This document shows, piece by piece, positions 35,914 through 46,111 of a stretch of 64,000 bases of DNA (positions are counted from its first letter, which is position 1; the number at the start of each line of letters is the position of its first letter). The notes below the pieces were generated by a model. It did no database searches. It was given only the letters and a program-made list of their open reading frames with translations, and was not told where the DNA came from. This stretch comes from Halorutilales archaeon Cl-col2-1. GTDB taxonomy: Archaea; Halobacteriota; Halobacteria; Halobacteriales; Afararchaeaceae. The stretch spans positions 960,001 to 1,024,000 of the forward strand of contig CP169074.1 in assembly GCA_041891055.1 (NCBI GenBank), in the 5' to 3' direction. A program made the position numbers and the translations under genes.

Positions 35914-37332
35914 CTATCTGATCTGTGTCACTCTGCCGTTGACGTCTACGTTCTCGAACTCGAAGACCACGTCGTTGCCTATCCTGAGTGGCTTGCCGTG
36001 GAACCGTAGCCCTGTCTCAGTGTCGCGTGCGGTCACTCTCAGATTGAGGTAGACGTCCTTGTTTATAGGATGTTGACGCTCGAAGATCTCTCCCGAGTCG
36101 CTGGTGAGTGTAATCTTAGCGGGCTCCACCTCCTTGTCGACTACCTCGGCGAGAGTCCTGCCGCCTATCTCCTCTGACATACCCTCAGAGACCGATTCGG
36201 CGGTTTCAGGTGGGATATTATGTAGTTTTACACGTATACTCTTCTGAGTCGTGTCCTCGGAGAGTGTAGTGGTTCCCGTACTGCGTATATTACCCGTGAA
36301 GCTGTAAGATCCATTCGAGAACGTAACTGAGTTTCCGACTTCTATCCGGGTGTTGCCGAAATAAGTATCTCCCGAACGTTCGATGCTTCTGAGACTCAGA
36401 CCCGTCACGAGACGTCTCTGGTCGGAGTTGCCCGTCGGATAGAGTTCGACCGACTCGACGGTCGCCATCTCCTGTCCACGCACTCCGTACGTGTCACCGA
36501 CTTCGACGAGTTCGGCGGTCTGAGTCGGCACTGTCGACTCAGTCACGACACGAGCCATGGCTGTGGATATCTCCGAGGTGCCGGTCTGGGTTATACTCGG
36601 AGAGATGCTGTAGGAGTCAGTCTCGAAAGGCAGGGACGCTCCGATGGATGTCTGTCTCCCCGCGAAGAGCCTGTCGCCTCCCACAGAGACCGTCTCAAGA
36701 GTCATACCGAGATAGACAGTATTCTGGTTCTGTCCGCCGGGATGTACTTGTAGAGACTCCAAGACTGCGACCTCTTGTCCGCTGACGGTATAAGAGTCTC
36801 CAGCTTCTATGTTTTCTACCAGAGACGACGGGACTGTCGCCGTAGCTACCACAGGGTAGGTCTGAGTATCGAGTGTCGAGCCGTTCTGTCCTACAGATGT
36901 TACAGTACCCTCGACCCCGTACTCGTCGGTCTGTATCGGGATCGTGTCGCCCACACGTAGCCTCGATCCCCCGAACTCGAAGACAGTCTGTCCCTGTGAG
37001 TCCCCTACGAGAAGTCCGTCGAGCTTAGCACGTGCTAAGACAGAGACATTCTCGGAACTCGAAGGACTAGGAGTGGTATAGACATCCGTAACAGTCAGGT
37101 TGCCGTACGAGTTCTCCAAAGACATCGTGTCTCCTTCGGAGATGAGAGATGCGGTGTAGCTTCTCTGTGGGTCGAGTTCAACTGTGACATACCTTGTCGC
37201 CTCGTCTTGTGTCGAGAACGGGTCGACGAAGGCGACCCCGGCGACCACTACGGCTAAGACGAGTAGAACAGCCAGGGCATCGACAATATTTACGACGCCG
37301 AAGAGTCTGCCCTCGTCGTCAATTATGTCCAT
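35914..37332 (-). CDS. DUF4330-type membrane-anchored protein with about 4 repeated domains
   Basis: IIDDEGRLFGVVNIVD N-terminus; recurring F.G..lriG..i.f.t..y...g motif. Confidence 0.8.
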   Translation of the reverse strand: MDIIDDEGRLFGVVNIVDALAVLLVLAVVVAGVAFVDPFSTQDEATRYVTVELDPQRSYTASLISEGDTMSLENSYGNLTVTDVYTTPSPSSSENVSVLARAKLDGLLVGDSQGQTVFEFGGSRLRVGDTIPIQTDEYGVEGTVTSVGQNGSTLDTQTYPVVATATVPSSLVENIEAGDSYTVSGQEVAVLESLQVHPGGQNQNTVYLGMTLETVSVGGDRLFAGRQTSIGASLPFETDSYSISPSITQTGTSEISTAMARVVTESTVPTQTAELVEVGDTYGVRGQEMATVESVELYPTGNSDQRRLVTGLSLRSIERSGDTYFGNTRIEVGNSVTFSNGSYSFTGNIRSTGTTTLSEDTTQKSIRVKLHNIPPETAESVSEGMSEEIGGRTLAEVVDKEVEPAKITLTSDSGEIFERQHPINKDVYLNLRVTARDTETGLRFHGKPLRIGNDVVFEFENVDVNGRVTQIR

Positions 37333-37368
37333 GTTAGTCCCGAAACCTGCTTGCCTAATTAAAGTTGT

Positions 37369-37782
37369 CTATCCGAGACCGGCTCGTACGAACTTCATCC
37401 TCTTTTTGAGAACGATCCACGTAAGACCGAGTACCGCTCCTATACCGTTGGCTACCAAGTCGCCGAAGCCGAAGTAACGGTAAGGCAGAAACGACTGTAT
37501 GACCTCTATGCCTAAGCCGTATCCGAAGACAACCGAGAAGACTAGGAGCGCCTTGTGTAGAGAACGTCGGTCGCTTTCGCCGACTGTGGCGTACGCCAGG
37601 CTCCATCCGAGACCAGCGTACGCAAGAAAGTGTAGCCATTTGTCGAGTGGAGCGAACTCGGGCTTCGGCATCTCGGGAGGTACAGTTATGACTGATGCAT
37701 AGAAGATGACCGCGGCTACTGCGATTACGCCTAACCAGCGTAGCCACGGAGGTAACAGAGGTACAGGTATCTGTCTCTTCAT
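37369..37782 (-). CDS. vanZ: VanZ-family membrane protein
   Basis: DKWLHFLAY, EVIQ...P.R, DLVAN. Confidence 0.88.
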   Translation of the reverse strand: MKRQIPVPLLPPWLRWLGVIAVAAVIFYASVITVPPEMPKPEFAPLDKWLHFLAYAGLGWSLAYATVGESDRRSLHKALLVFSVVFGYGLGIEVIQSFLPYRYFGFGDLVANGIGAVLGLTWIVLKKRMKFVRAGLG

Positions 37783-37852
37783 CCGGTGTGGAGTGGTTGC
37801 TACAACAACAAAATATATGTCGTTTAACTCCTACTCTAATCCCGGATAAAGA

Positions 37853-39316
37853 GTGAAAGCGAGTCTGAGATACAGGTTTCTGAGAGGTGTGGGTGCAGTC
37901 GTGGCTACCGTGGTCTCCGTAGTTCTCGCTAACCATCCTCTTCTCCAGCGTGGTCTGACGACTTACGTGCCTCTCGTCAACCGTCTTAATCCTGTGGTTC
38001 TCTCCAACGGCGACCTGACTGTCACACTGATGACTACACTCGTGGTCGTACTCGGCAGTCTAATACCCCTCTTCAAGCCGAAGCCCCGGAGAATACTCGA
38101 CACCGTCTTTCTGACACACAAACGGATTCTCGTGGCGGGGTTTGCGCTCGCGGCTATCGGGTACTTCGACTACACGTACGAACTCCCGCGTCCGACTCTG
38201 ATACTCGTCGTGGCTGTCCTGTCGGTCACGTTACCCGCGTGGTTCGTCTACGTGCGTCGGTCTCCCGACACGGCAGAGACAGCGGTACTCGTGGGCAACG
38301 ACATAGAGACTATGAGAGAGATAGTCGAGAAGGATCTTCAGGAGAACCTCGTGGGATTTGTCTCGCCACTGTCTGTCTACTCCCAGATGACGGGTTCGGA
38401 TGTCTCGGTTGCGGACGGCGGCGCGTTTCTGGGTAAGCCCGAGTCGGGTGGTGTGGAGATCGAATGGCTAGGGAGCTTTACACGTCTCGACGACATACTC
38501 GTAAAGACGAACGCCGACACCGCTGTGCTTGCCTTCGTGGACGAGGATCGATCCGACTTCTTCGGGGTCTTAGACACGTGTTACGAACACGGTGTCAAGG
38601 CGAAGGCACACAGAGACCACGTTGACAGCGTTCTGATGAGTAGAGAGTCGGAAGATGAGCTCGTCGATATAGAGCTCGAGCCCATCGATCCACAGGACTA
38701 CGTCTTCAAGCGCGTCTTCGACATCGCCTTCGCGGGGTTCGGTCTGTTAGCTCTGTCCCCTCTGATCGGTGTTATCGCGGCGGCTATAAAGCTCGACAGT
38801 CCGGGTCCTGTGCTGTACGAACAGGAGCGTACCTCGGAGTTCGGTGACACGTTCAGCGTGTACAAGTTCAGGAGTATGATACCTGATGCCGAAGCTGAGA
38901 CGGGCGTTAAGCTCAGCGAGGAGGACGCAGGCGGTGTCGACCCGCGCGTTACGAGTGTCGGCAGAGTGCTACGTAAGACGCATATGGACGAGATACCCCA
39001 GCTTTGGTCGATACTCGTAGGAGACATGACTGTCGTGGGCCCACGTCCCGAACGTCCTGAGTTAGACAAAGAGATTGAGACAGGGATCGTTGAGTGGCGC
39101 AAGAGATGGTTCGTAAAACCCGGTCTGACCGGAGTTGCACAGATAAACGACGTTACGGGTCACGAGCCCGAGAAGAAGCTGAGATATGACCTCGAATACA
39201 TACGTGACCAGTCTTTCTGGCTCGATATCAAGATCGTGGTGAGACAGATCTGGATGGTCGTGGTCGACGCTCTGGGATTCGTCGTGGGTGAAGAAGACGA
39301 CGAGTCTCAAGGATAG
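37853..39316 (+). CDS. Polyprenyl-phosphate sugar-1-phosphate transferase (bacterial-type priming sugar transferase)
   Basis: KRVFD, KFRSM, DPRVT, DEIPQ, VGPRP, KPGLTG. Confidence 0.93.
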   Translation: MKASLRYRFLRGVGAVVATVVSVVLANHPLLQRGLTTYVPLVNRLNPVVLSNGDLTVTLMTTLVVVLGSLIPLFKPKPRRILDTVFLTHKRILVAGFALAAIGYFDYTYELPRPTLILVVAVLSVTLPAWFVYVRRSPDTAETAVLVGNDIETMREIVEKDLQENLVGFVSPLSVYSQMTGSDVSVADGGAFLGKPESGGVEIEWLGSFTRLDDILVKTNADTAVLAFVDEDRSDFFGVLDTCYEHGVKAKAHRDHVDSVLMSRESEDELVDIELEPIDPQDYVFKRVFDIAFAGFGLLALSPLIGVIAAAIKLDSPGPVLYEQERTSEFGDTFSVYKFRSMIPDAEAETGVKLSEEDAGGVDPRVTSVGRVLRKTHMDEIPQLWSILVGDMTVVGPRPERPELDKEIETGIVEWRKRWFVKPGLTGVAQINDVTGHEPEKKLRYDLEYIRDQSFWLDIKIVVRQIWMVVVDALGFVVGEEDDESQG

Positions 39317-39336
39317 TCCGAGACGGCGATCCGTCT

Positions 39337-40740
39337 TTATAATATTTCTCTCAAGGTATCGAGGTCATAAAGTCGGACGTCATCCCTCTCTTTCGCCGTG
39401 TCTCTGAGATCCCGGCTGAAACCCGACCTAGAGAAGAGAGCGAATGTCTCGTCTCTGTCCTCGCCTCCCCATCTGACTTCGGACGACTTCTTCTCAAGTC
39501 TTCTGAGGAGATCGGCGTCCACCTGTCTCTCCGTCCACTTACACTCACCCAGGAGAAGACTCGCCTCGCTCTCGTCGAGACCTACTACGTCAATCTCGTT
39601 CTCTCCATACCACCAAGATCCGACTGACGAACCGTCGAACATAGACGAGTTAGCTACGGCTTCTCTACAGATGTCTTCGAATACCCTGCTCGTGTACACG
39701 TCTATACCCTCTCTTACTGTGTCGAGAACCATCTCGACTGATCCCCTTTCGAGGTCATCGAGGTTGGGGTACACGAATCTGAACCAGAAGCTGAAGAAGT
39801 TGTCTTTGATCTCGTAGATCCCTCTCTTCTTTTTCTTCTGAGACGCTGTGACAGGCACGGACTTCTCGACTAGATCGAGGCTCTGGAGCTTCTTGAGGTA
39901 CCTCGACATGTCCTTAGCCTCTCTGTGTGTCGAGTTAGCTATCTCGGTTACTGTCGTAGCCCCGAACGACATCGCTTCGAGTATGTCCATATAGCTCGAA
40001 GGCTCCCTCAACTCCTGACGCAGGAGAAACTCGGGCTCTTCGTAGAGAAAAGTGCCCTTCGACAGAATCTCGTCACGTATGTTCTCGAAGAGACCTCTCT
40101 GAGGATCGAACTTCTCGAGGTATGCCGGTATGCCTCCGAGAACGCCATATGCGCGTATCTTGTCATCGAACGGATACTCGGAGTCGGAGAAGAAATCAGT
40201 GCTGTCTCCGAACTCTAGGGGACGAAGCCTCCACTGTCCGGTTCTTCTGCCATAGAGGGGACTCTCGTAGCTAAGGACATCCTCCTCCATCATGGATATC
40301 GATGAGCCAAGGAGAACTAGCGATATCTGTGTGTCTTTCAGAATCTCGTCCCAGATAAGCTGAAACACTGACGGTACCGAGTCATCCTTTTCGACGAGGT
40401 ACGAGAACTCGTCTATCACGACGATAAGCTCGGTGTCATGACTTCTCTCACGTATGTACTTGAAGCAGTCGTCGAAGCTATCGACATCAGGCGGTATGTC
40501 GTCGAAATGTTCTGAGGCGTCTTTGGCGAGTCTCCGGGCATTAGACGAGGTGCCTCTCTGGTCAGCTAAGAAGTATATGCTCTGACTGTCGGGGACTTTT
40601 TTCTGAGTAACGTGGTTAATCAGCTCCGTCTTGCCGACTCTTCGACACCCATAGATAACGAGTAACTCGCGGTCGTTGGATCCGAGCTTCTCCTCAAGCC
40701 ACCCGATCTCCTCGTCACGGTTTACAAACTTTCGGATCAC
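39337..40740 (-). CDS. Archaeal ATPase + wHTH + DUF234/PD-(D/E)xK protein
   Basis: FVNR, YGCRRVGKT, IDEF, PLYGRRT, FWFRFV, EIDVVG...GECKW; probable GTG start 40740. Confidence 0.88.
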   Translation of the reverse strand: MIRKFVNRDEEIGWLEEKLGSNDRELLVIYGCRRVGKTELINHVTQKKVPDSQSIYFLADQRGTSSNARRLAKDASEHFDDIPPDVDSFDDCFKYIRERSHDTELIVVIDEFSYLVEKDDSVPSVFQLIWDEILKDTQISLVLLGSSISMMEEDVLSYESPLYGRRTGQWRLRPLEFGDSTDFFSDSEYPFDDKIRAYGVLGGIPAYLEKFDPQRGLFENIRDEILSKGTFLYEEPEFLLRQELREPSSYMDILEAMSFGATTVTEIANSTHREAKDMSRYLKKLQSLDLVEKSVPVTASQKKKKRGIYEIKDNFFSFWFRFVYPNLDDLERGSVEMVLDTVREGIDVYTSRVFEDICREAVANSSMFDGSSVGSWWYGENEIDVVGLDESEASLLLGECKWTERQVDADLLRRLEKKSSEVRWGGEDRDETFALFSRSGFSRDLRDTAKERDDVRLYDLDTLREIL

Positions 40741-40792
40741 GATTATATAATCGTAGTCCGAAAAGATAGATGTTTCGGGACAGCAGTTCAAT

Positions 40793-40915
40793 AGTTTGTA
40801 TCGCGGGTTGTCGGATTCAACCCCGAGGTCAAGTCAAGGAAAATCTTTGATTTTCCGTATCCCAAAAAGCTCTGCTTTTTGAAGACCCCGGGGCATTCTC
40901 CTTGTACCTCTGTAA
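40793..40915 (-). mobile_element. Solo IS200/IS605 left-end relic with a double-hairpin insertion
   Basis: Stem CCCCGAGGTC/GACCCCGGGG; minus strand continues GAATCCGACAAC, like GAGCCGACAAC after the left-end stem at about 57355; inner hairpins GGAAAATC-TTT-GATTTTCC and CAAAAAGC-TCT-GCTTTTTG. Confidence 0.7.
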
Positions 40916-40938
40916 AGAATCCTCAGGATAGTGCAGCA

Positions 40939-42234
40939 TCACCACGTCAAGCCTTCGTATACGATGTCATCTCTGGGTTCGATGACTCGCCGTCCGTCGA
41001 CTACCACTTTCTGGTTCATCGCATCGAACTCGTCGTCAAGTGCCGCGAACTCGTCCCAGTCGGTGACGACTACTGCGGCGTCGGCGTCTTCGAGTGCGTC
41101 CTCAGCCGAGTCAGCGTAATCGATGTCGCCGAAACGCTCTCTCATGTTGTTGACTGCGACGGGATCGTATGCGACTACCTCTGTGTCTCTGTCTCTGTCT
41201 TTGAGACCCTCTATCACGGGTATCGCACGTGAGTTTCTTATGTCGTCTGTGCCCGGCTTGAAGGAGAGTCCCAGGACGGCGACTCTCTTATCCACAGGAT
41301 CTATATGTTTATCAAGTAGCTGGAGGAGACGTTTTGGCTGTTTATCGTTGACTTCGACGGCGGAATGTAGCAACGAGGGATCGTATCCTTTCTCCTCGGC
41401 GGCGGCGATGAGTGCCTTGACGTCCTTCGGGAAACAGCTACCTCCCCAGCCTACTCCACTTCTCAGAAACTCCGAGCTTATGCGATGATCGAGTCCTATA
41501 GCGTCGGCGACCTCGTAGGCGTCGACTCCGTACTCCTTACAGATGTTGCCGAGTTCGTTTATGAGACTGACCTTCGAGGCGAGGAAGGCGTTGTTGGCGT
41601 ACTTGATCATCTCCGCCTCTCTAACTCCCGTCTCAACTACTGGTACGTCGTCGTTGCGTTCTACGAGAGGATCAAAGACCCGTCTTAGCTTCTCGTTGTC
41701 TTGGTTCTGCCCGAGAACTATCTTGTCAGGATGTAGAAAGTCGTCTACTGCGGTGCCTTCACGTAGGAACTCGGGGTTCATCGCCACGCTGAATTCTTCT
41801 CCTTCTTCTTTGTCCGAATTTTCTTCTATGATCGGGGTGAGAACCTCCTCGGTCGTACCAGGCACTACGGTACTCTTGACTACGACTGTGTGGCTGTCAT
41901 CCTTATGTCCCAACGCCTCGCCGAGTGACTCCGCTCCCTTCTTCATGTAGGTTAGATCGATACTGCCATCGTCGTTCGACGGTGTGGGGAGAGCGAGAAA
42001 CGTCACCTCGGTGTCGTTGACGGTACTGTAATCCGTCGTCGCTGTGAGACGGTCGCCGCCGTGTTCGGCTATAAGCTCATCCAACTGAGGCTCGTGTATA
42101 GGTGCTTCTCCCGAGTTTATGCTCTCTACTACGTCTTCGTCTATGTCTATGTTCGTAACTTCGTGTCCGAGGTCGGCGAAACACGCTGCCACCGTCGTAC
42201 CCACGTAGCCGCTCCCTACGATGCTTATCTTCAT
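40939..42234 (-). CDS. aglM: UDP-glucose 6-dehydrogenase
   Basis: [39 protein letters not shown]. Confidence 0.95.
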   Translation of the reverse strand: MKISIVGSGYVGTTVAACFADLGHEVTNIDIDEDVVESINSGEAPIHEPQLDELIAEHGGDRLTATTDYSTVNDTEVTFLALPTPSNDDGSIDLTYMKKGAESLGEALGHKDDSHTVVVKSTVVPGTTEEVLTPIIEENSDKEEGEEFSVAMNPEFLREGTAVDDFLHPDKIVLGQNQDNEKLRRVFDPLVERNDDVPVVETGVREAEMIKYANNAFLASKVSLINELGNICKEYGVDAYEVADAIGLDHRISSEFLRSGVGWGGSCFPKDVKALIAAAEEKGYDPSLLHSAVEVNDKQPKRLLQLLDKHIDPVDKRVAVLGLSFKPGTDDIRNSRAIPVIEGLKDRDRDTEVVAYDPVAVNNMRERFGDIDYADSAEDALEDADAAVVVTDWDEFAALDDEFDAMNQKVVVDGRRVIEPRDDIVYEGLTW

Positions 42235-42320
42235 TGTGTTGGAGTTAGAATGCTTCTGAATTAATCTTTCTCGTTATCTATAGAATATAGTCTGACTAAA
42301 TTTTGTCTCAAACCGTTAGT

Positions 42321-42770
42321 TCACTCCCAGAACGATCTGACACGAGAATCCAGTTCATCTATCACTAGAGTCAAAACCTCTCGCCAGTCATTCGAAAAAT
42401 CAGCATCCTCCCCGGGCTTCTCTGCTACTGGTGGTGGGTGAAAATGGTCTCTCGTGTTGTGGCTGTTGGGGTGTCTGTCCCATCGACACTCCCAAGTATT
42501 ATCGTTATTATGTTGCTCTCTGTAGTGGACATTAAAGTCGTCTGTCTTGTACCATCGAATCTGTATATATGCAGTTTGGATATGTGAGGGGAAGTATCCT
42601 AAGTTGTATTCAGCAATTACCGAGTTGGGTGATCCTTTGGGACGAACCTCGACATCGGAGAAACGCTCACTCCCTGAAAGATATCCTCCTATCCGATCAA
42701 GAACATCGGTGTCTATCGACGCCACGTCTTTATCGGTTAGTTCGTCATCGGACTGACCTCTGTCAGGCAT
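42321..42770 (-). CDS. His-rich hypothetical protein, putative toxin partner of the upstream HTH gene
   Basis: FNVHY.E...RWDRHPN.H...HFHPPP; paralog of 44140-44592. Confidence 0.7.
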   Translation of the reverse strand: MPDRGQSDDELTDKDVASIDTDVLDRIGGYLSGSERFSDVEVRPKGSPNSVIAEYNLGYFPSHIQTAYIQIRWYKTDDFNVHYREQHNNDNTWECRWDRHPNSHNTRDHFHPPPVAEKPGEDADFSNDWREVLTLVIDELDSRVRSFWE

Positions 42771-43344
42771 TTATACCAGTATCAGTATCAGTACCCAGAC
42801 CGCCGCTTGTTTTTTCTTCACGCAGTGCTGTCTCAAGCAGTTCAGCACGTTCTTCGAGAGTCTGCCACTCAGAAAGGTCGTCCCATAGATCCTCAACTGT
42901 AGCTGTTTCACTAGCTTCTTTTAACGAGACTTCTCCCGGTTCATCTTCTCCGAACCTTTCTCGGTACTCTCTGATTGAGTCGATGGTCTCTTTGAGTTCA
43001 TCTAGTATCTCTTCATCGGAGTGATGGCTTCGTATCTGTTCGACTTGACGCCAGCGGAGAAAGGACTCGTTTCTCTCGTACTGTGTTGGTCTGTTACTGT
43101 GTTTTCGTACCAATCCCAGATCAGCAAACCAGTCTAGGTAGTCTCGTGCTGTCTCTGTGTCACAGCCTGCATGTTCTGCAATACTTGAGACTTTTGTAGG
43201 CTCACGTACCTGCATTATAACATCCATCAGACGCTCCCTGGTTGATCCTCCTTCAAACATCTCTTCGGGATCCTCCCAGTTACTGAAGTCCGGCTTTTCA
43301 CCATCCGGTCTAGATCTATCCGATATGTCTGTCAAATCCCTCAT
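42763..43344 (-). CDS. wHTH/coiled-coil protein (DUF7342-like)
   Basis: SIAEHAGCDTETARDYL HTH; EYRERFG; paralog of 44603-45166. Confidence 0.75.
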   Translation of the reverse strand: MRDLTDISDRSRPDGEKPDFSNWEDPEEMFEGGSTRERLMDVIMQVREPTKVSSIAEHAGCDTETARDYLDWFADLGLVRKHSNRPTQYERNESFLRWRQVEQIRSHHSDEEILDELKETIDSIREYRERFGEDEPGEVSLKEASETATVEDLWDDLSEWQTLEERAELLETALREEKTSGGLGTDTDTGINA

Positions 43345-43428
43345 AGATACCTTTACAGGTTAGACTGTAATATATCTACTGGGGGCTGTATTATTTCAGA
43401 GTATGGGTAGAAGAGTAAGTCTGCAGAT

Positions 43429-43530
43429 CTAGAATCTCCGCCAGTCCTGAACCTGTATGCCGTCTATCCTCTCGAAATGGGACACGTTTGGTGTCAAGAC
43501 TATGAGCTGGTTCACTAACCCTGTTGCTCC
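43429..43530 (-). pseudogene. vapC: vapC C-terminal relic
   Basis: Manual translation GATGLVNQLIVLTPNVSHFERIDGIQVQDWRRF*; N-terminal part missing, joined to the vapB end. Confidence 0.7.
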
Positions 43531-43730
43531 GAAGCTTCTTCACTGAGTTTGCCTATGTCTTCTTTAACGTCTCTGTAAATCTCTTCATCTAGTACTCTTT
43601 GACCCGCAACGTCGGAGATAATACTTCCTTCTTCGATCTTCTCATCGATCACCTCGCTGAAGCTCTTACCGTCTTTCTCTCTACTGAGTTTCTCGTATAC
43701 TTCGTCCGAGATGGAGATATTCTTGCTCAT
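43515..43730 (-). CDS. vapB: VapB-type antitoxin
   Basis: KNISISDEVYEKL...KSFSEVI. Confidence 0.8.
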   Translation of the reverse strand: MSKNISISDEVYEKLSREKDGKSFSEVIDEKIEEGSIISDVAGQRVLDEEIYRDVKEDIGKLSEEASEQQG

Positions 43731-43912
43731 AGAGTATGTATGGGTACTCGTAGTAAAATATTAGCTTGCACGTCTTCGCGATAACTGAGGAGAAACGTCA
43801 TACGACGACGAAGGAGTCCAAGATAAGTACGTAGTCTCATCGGACTCTGTGGTTAGCTATTTCACCACCCGCGGTCTTAATGGGTTGCTATATATTTTAT
43901 TCAACATAGAGA

Positions 43913-44104
43913 ATGGATGAAGAAGAGATTGAACTCATCTATATAGCACTTCAGCGTTACCAGGAGGGAGAGATAGGCATGTGTGACGCTGCGGATATCG
44001 CCGGAGTCAGCATCTTCGAGATCATGGCGGAGGCGAACGAACGTGGCATCCTCAGTAACTACGATGACGCAGACCTAGAATACGACGTAGAGTCACTCCT
44101 ATGA
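43913..44104 (+). CDS. UPF0175-like antitoxin; downstream PIN partner apparently truncated
   Basis: YQEGEIG...AADIAGVS; followed by ATGA-coupled MTMKLLVD stub. Confidence 0.65.
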   Translation: MDEEEIELIYIALQRYQEGEIGMCDAADIAGVSIFEIMAEANERGILSNYDDADLEYDVESLL

Positions 44105-44139
44105 CTATGAAACTTCTCGTCGACGTGTATTACTCGTAC

Positions 44140-44592
44140 TTACGGAGGATTACCTTGATTAAGGAGAGAGAAGTCGTCCGCCTCCCACGCTTGACGCCAT
44201 AGCTGAATTACAGCCAGTGCAACTAACCTATCAGTCTCGACCTCAATACACGACTCCTCTGGATCACGTCGTTCTCCCTTCTGAGGAGACGGAGGATGAA
44301 AATGCTTCTCCGGAGAATGGTGATTTGGATGCCGGTCGTATCTGAAGTCGAACTCTCCCGGCTCCGTGTAGTGAAAGTTGAAGTAGTTACGTGTACTCCA
44401 TCTGACATCGAACCTGCCCGGCTTCTCGAATCCATCTTCAAAATATACCTGTAGTTCATGCGGGTCAAACTCGTCTAACTGAGCCTCCTCAACTAACGGC
44501 TCATGGTTAACGAAAACATCACGTATTACCCTCAGCGAACTGACTTTGACTTCTCCGAACTCGCCTGTGTACTCCTCGTCAGTATCAGTCAT
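44140..44592 (-). CDS. His-rich hypothetical protein, putative toxin
   Basis: FNFHYTE...RYDRHPN.H...HFHPP; start ATG 44592. Confidence 0.7.
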   Translation of the reverse strand: MTDTDEEYTGEFGEVKVSSLRVIRDVFVNHEPLVEEAQLDEFDPHELQVYFEDGFEKPGRFDVRWSTRNYFNFHYTEPGEFDFRYDRHPNHHSPEKHFHPPSPQKGERRDPEESCIEVETDRLVALAVIQLWRQAWEADDFSLLNQGNPP

Positions 44593-44602
44593 ACGAACTC
44601 TA

Positions 44603-45166
44603 TCAAGCTGTCGACTGTGTCCTCTCAGTGTCAGTACCTTCATCCGAGAACGTCAGAACCTGCTTGAACGCAAGAGCCGTCTTTGCTATAGCTAGATTCT
44701 CCCGCTTGGTTCTCCATTCTGAGACCACAGTCGGTATATCCATCTCGCCCTCATTCTCTCTCTCATCCATCTGAATTATGAGATCCTCGGGAGTCTCAAC
44801 CCCGTATTCTTCTCTGTATTCATGTATCTCGGATCTCATCTCCCTTATTCTGTCTTCTATCTCGTCTCTAGAGTAGGAGGAGCTGATATTTCTCACTCTC
44901 CTCATCTTCTCGGAGGACTCGTCCCATCTATAGAGCTTAGCACCTCCTCTCTCATCGATCTGTACCTCGTTCATCTCGTGAAGCCTACCGAGATACTTTC
45001 TCGCCGTGTTTGGGCTGACGTCAGCGGTTTCAGCTACCTGTTTTGCCTTCATCTTGTCACGACTGTTTCTAATCACGTCTCTGACTCTCTCGAATCCGTC
45101 TGTACTCTCTGACCATTCTCGTTTTACACGCTCGTTTATGTCCTCTGTGTCCTGTGGCATATACAT
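44603..45166 (-). CDS. wHTH/coiled-coil protein (DUF7342-like)
   Basis: QVAETADVSPNTARKYL, EYREEYGVETP. Confidence 0.75.
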   Translation of the reverse strand: MYMPQDTEDINERVKREWSESTDGFERVRDVIRNSRDKMKAKQVAETADVSPNTARKYLGRLHEMNEVQIDERGGAKLYRWDESSEKMRRVRNISSSYSRDEIEDRIREMRSEIHEYREEYGVETPEDLIIQMDERENEGEMDIPTVVSEWRTKRENLAIAKTALAFKQVLTFSDEGTDTERTQSTA

Positions 45167-45310
45167 CTGATACTTACCGTGGACTCATATATTTTACTGA
45201 TACCTCATATGTTTGAATTATACGCGTTTATACGTAAGCACATAGAGGTATCGGAGAAAGGACAGAAACGAGAAGAAGATATTTACCTGTAGATCAACAA
45301 GTAAGTCAGC

Positions 45311-46060
45311 ATGAAAGCTGTCGTACTGGCTGGAGGCGAGGGCACACGTCTACGTCCTCTTACCGAAGATAAGCCTAAGGGTATGGTCGAAGTCGACGGT
45401 AAGCCTATTCTGACTCACTGTTTCAAACAACTATCCGATCTGGGTGCCGACGAGCTCGTGGTCGTTGTCGGATACATGAAAGAGAAGATCATCGACCACT
45501 ACGGAGACGACTTCGAAGGTATACCTATCACCTACACCCATCAGAGAGAGCAGAAGGGACTCGCTCACGCTCTTCTGACCGCCGAGAACCACATCGACGA
45601 CGACTTCATGCTGATGCTCGGCGACAATATCTTCAACGCCAACCTCGAAGACGTCGTCAAACGTCAGCGAGAGGATCGCGCCGACGCAGCCTTCTTGGTC
45701 GAGGAGGTGCCCTACGAAGAAGCATCACGGTACGGAGTCGCCGACACCAACAAGTACGGCGAGATAACCGACGTCATAGAGAAGCCTGAGGAGCCTCCTA
45801 CCAACCTCGTGATGACGGGCTTCTACACCTTCTCTCCCGCGATCTTTCACGCCTGTCATCTCGTTCAGCCGTCGAACCGCGGTGAGTACGAGATAAGTGA
45901 AGCTATAGACCTACTCATCAAGAGCGGACGGACGATAGATGCTATCGGCTTAGAGGGCTGGCGAGTCGACATCGGCTATCCCGAGGATCGCGACGAAGCA
46001 GAAAGACGTCTGAGTGACGACCAGGATATCGAAGACGACGTCGAGACTGCCGAAAGCTAA
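45311..46060 (+). CDS. aglF: UTP-glucose-1-phosphate uridylyltransferase
   Basis: LAGGEGTRLRPLT..KPK, LMLGDN, EASRYGV, RGEYEI. Confidence 0.92.
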   Translation: MKAVVLAGGEGTRLRPLTEDKPKGMVEVDGKPILTHCFKQLSDLGADELVVVVGYMKEKIIDHYGDDFEGIPITYTHQREQKGLAHALLTAENHIDDDFMLMLGDNIFNANLEDVVKRQREDRADAAFLVEEVPYEEASRYGVADTNKYGEITDVIEKPEEPPTNLVMTGFYTFSPAIFHACHLVQPSNRGEYEISEAIDLLIKSGRTIDAIGLEGWRVDIGYPEDRDEAERRLSDDQDIEDDVETAES

Positions 46061-46111
46061 GGCTGAGGCTTCTCGGCAGATTTTTAGTAGACTCTTGATA
46101 ACTTAGACAAA

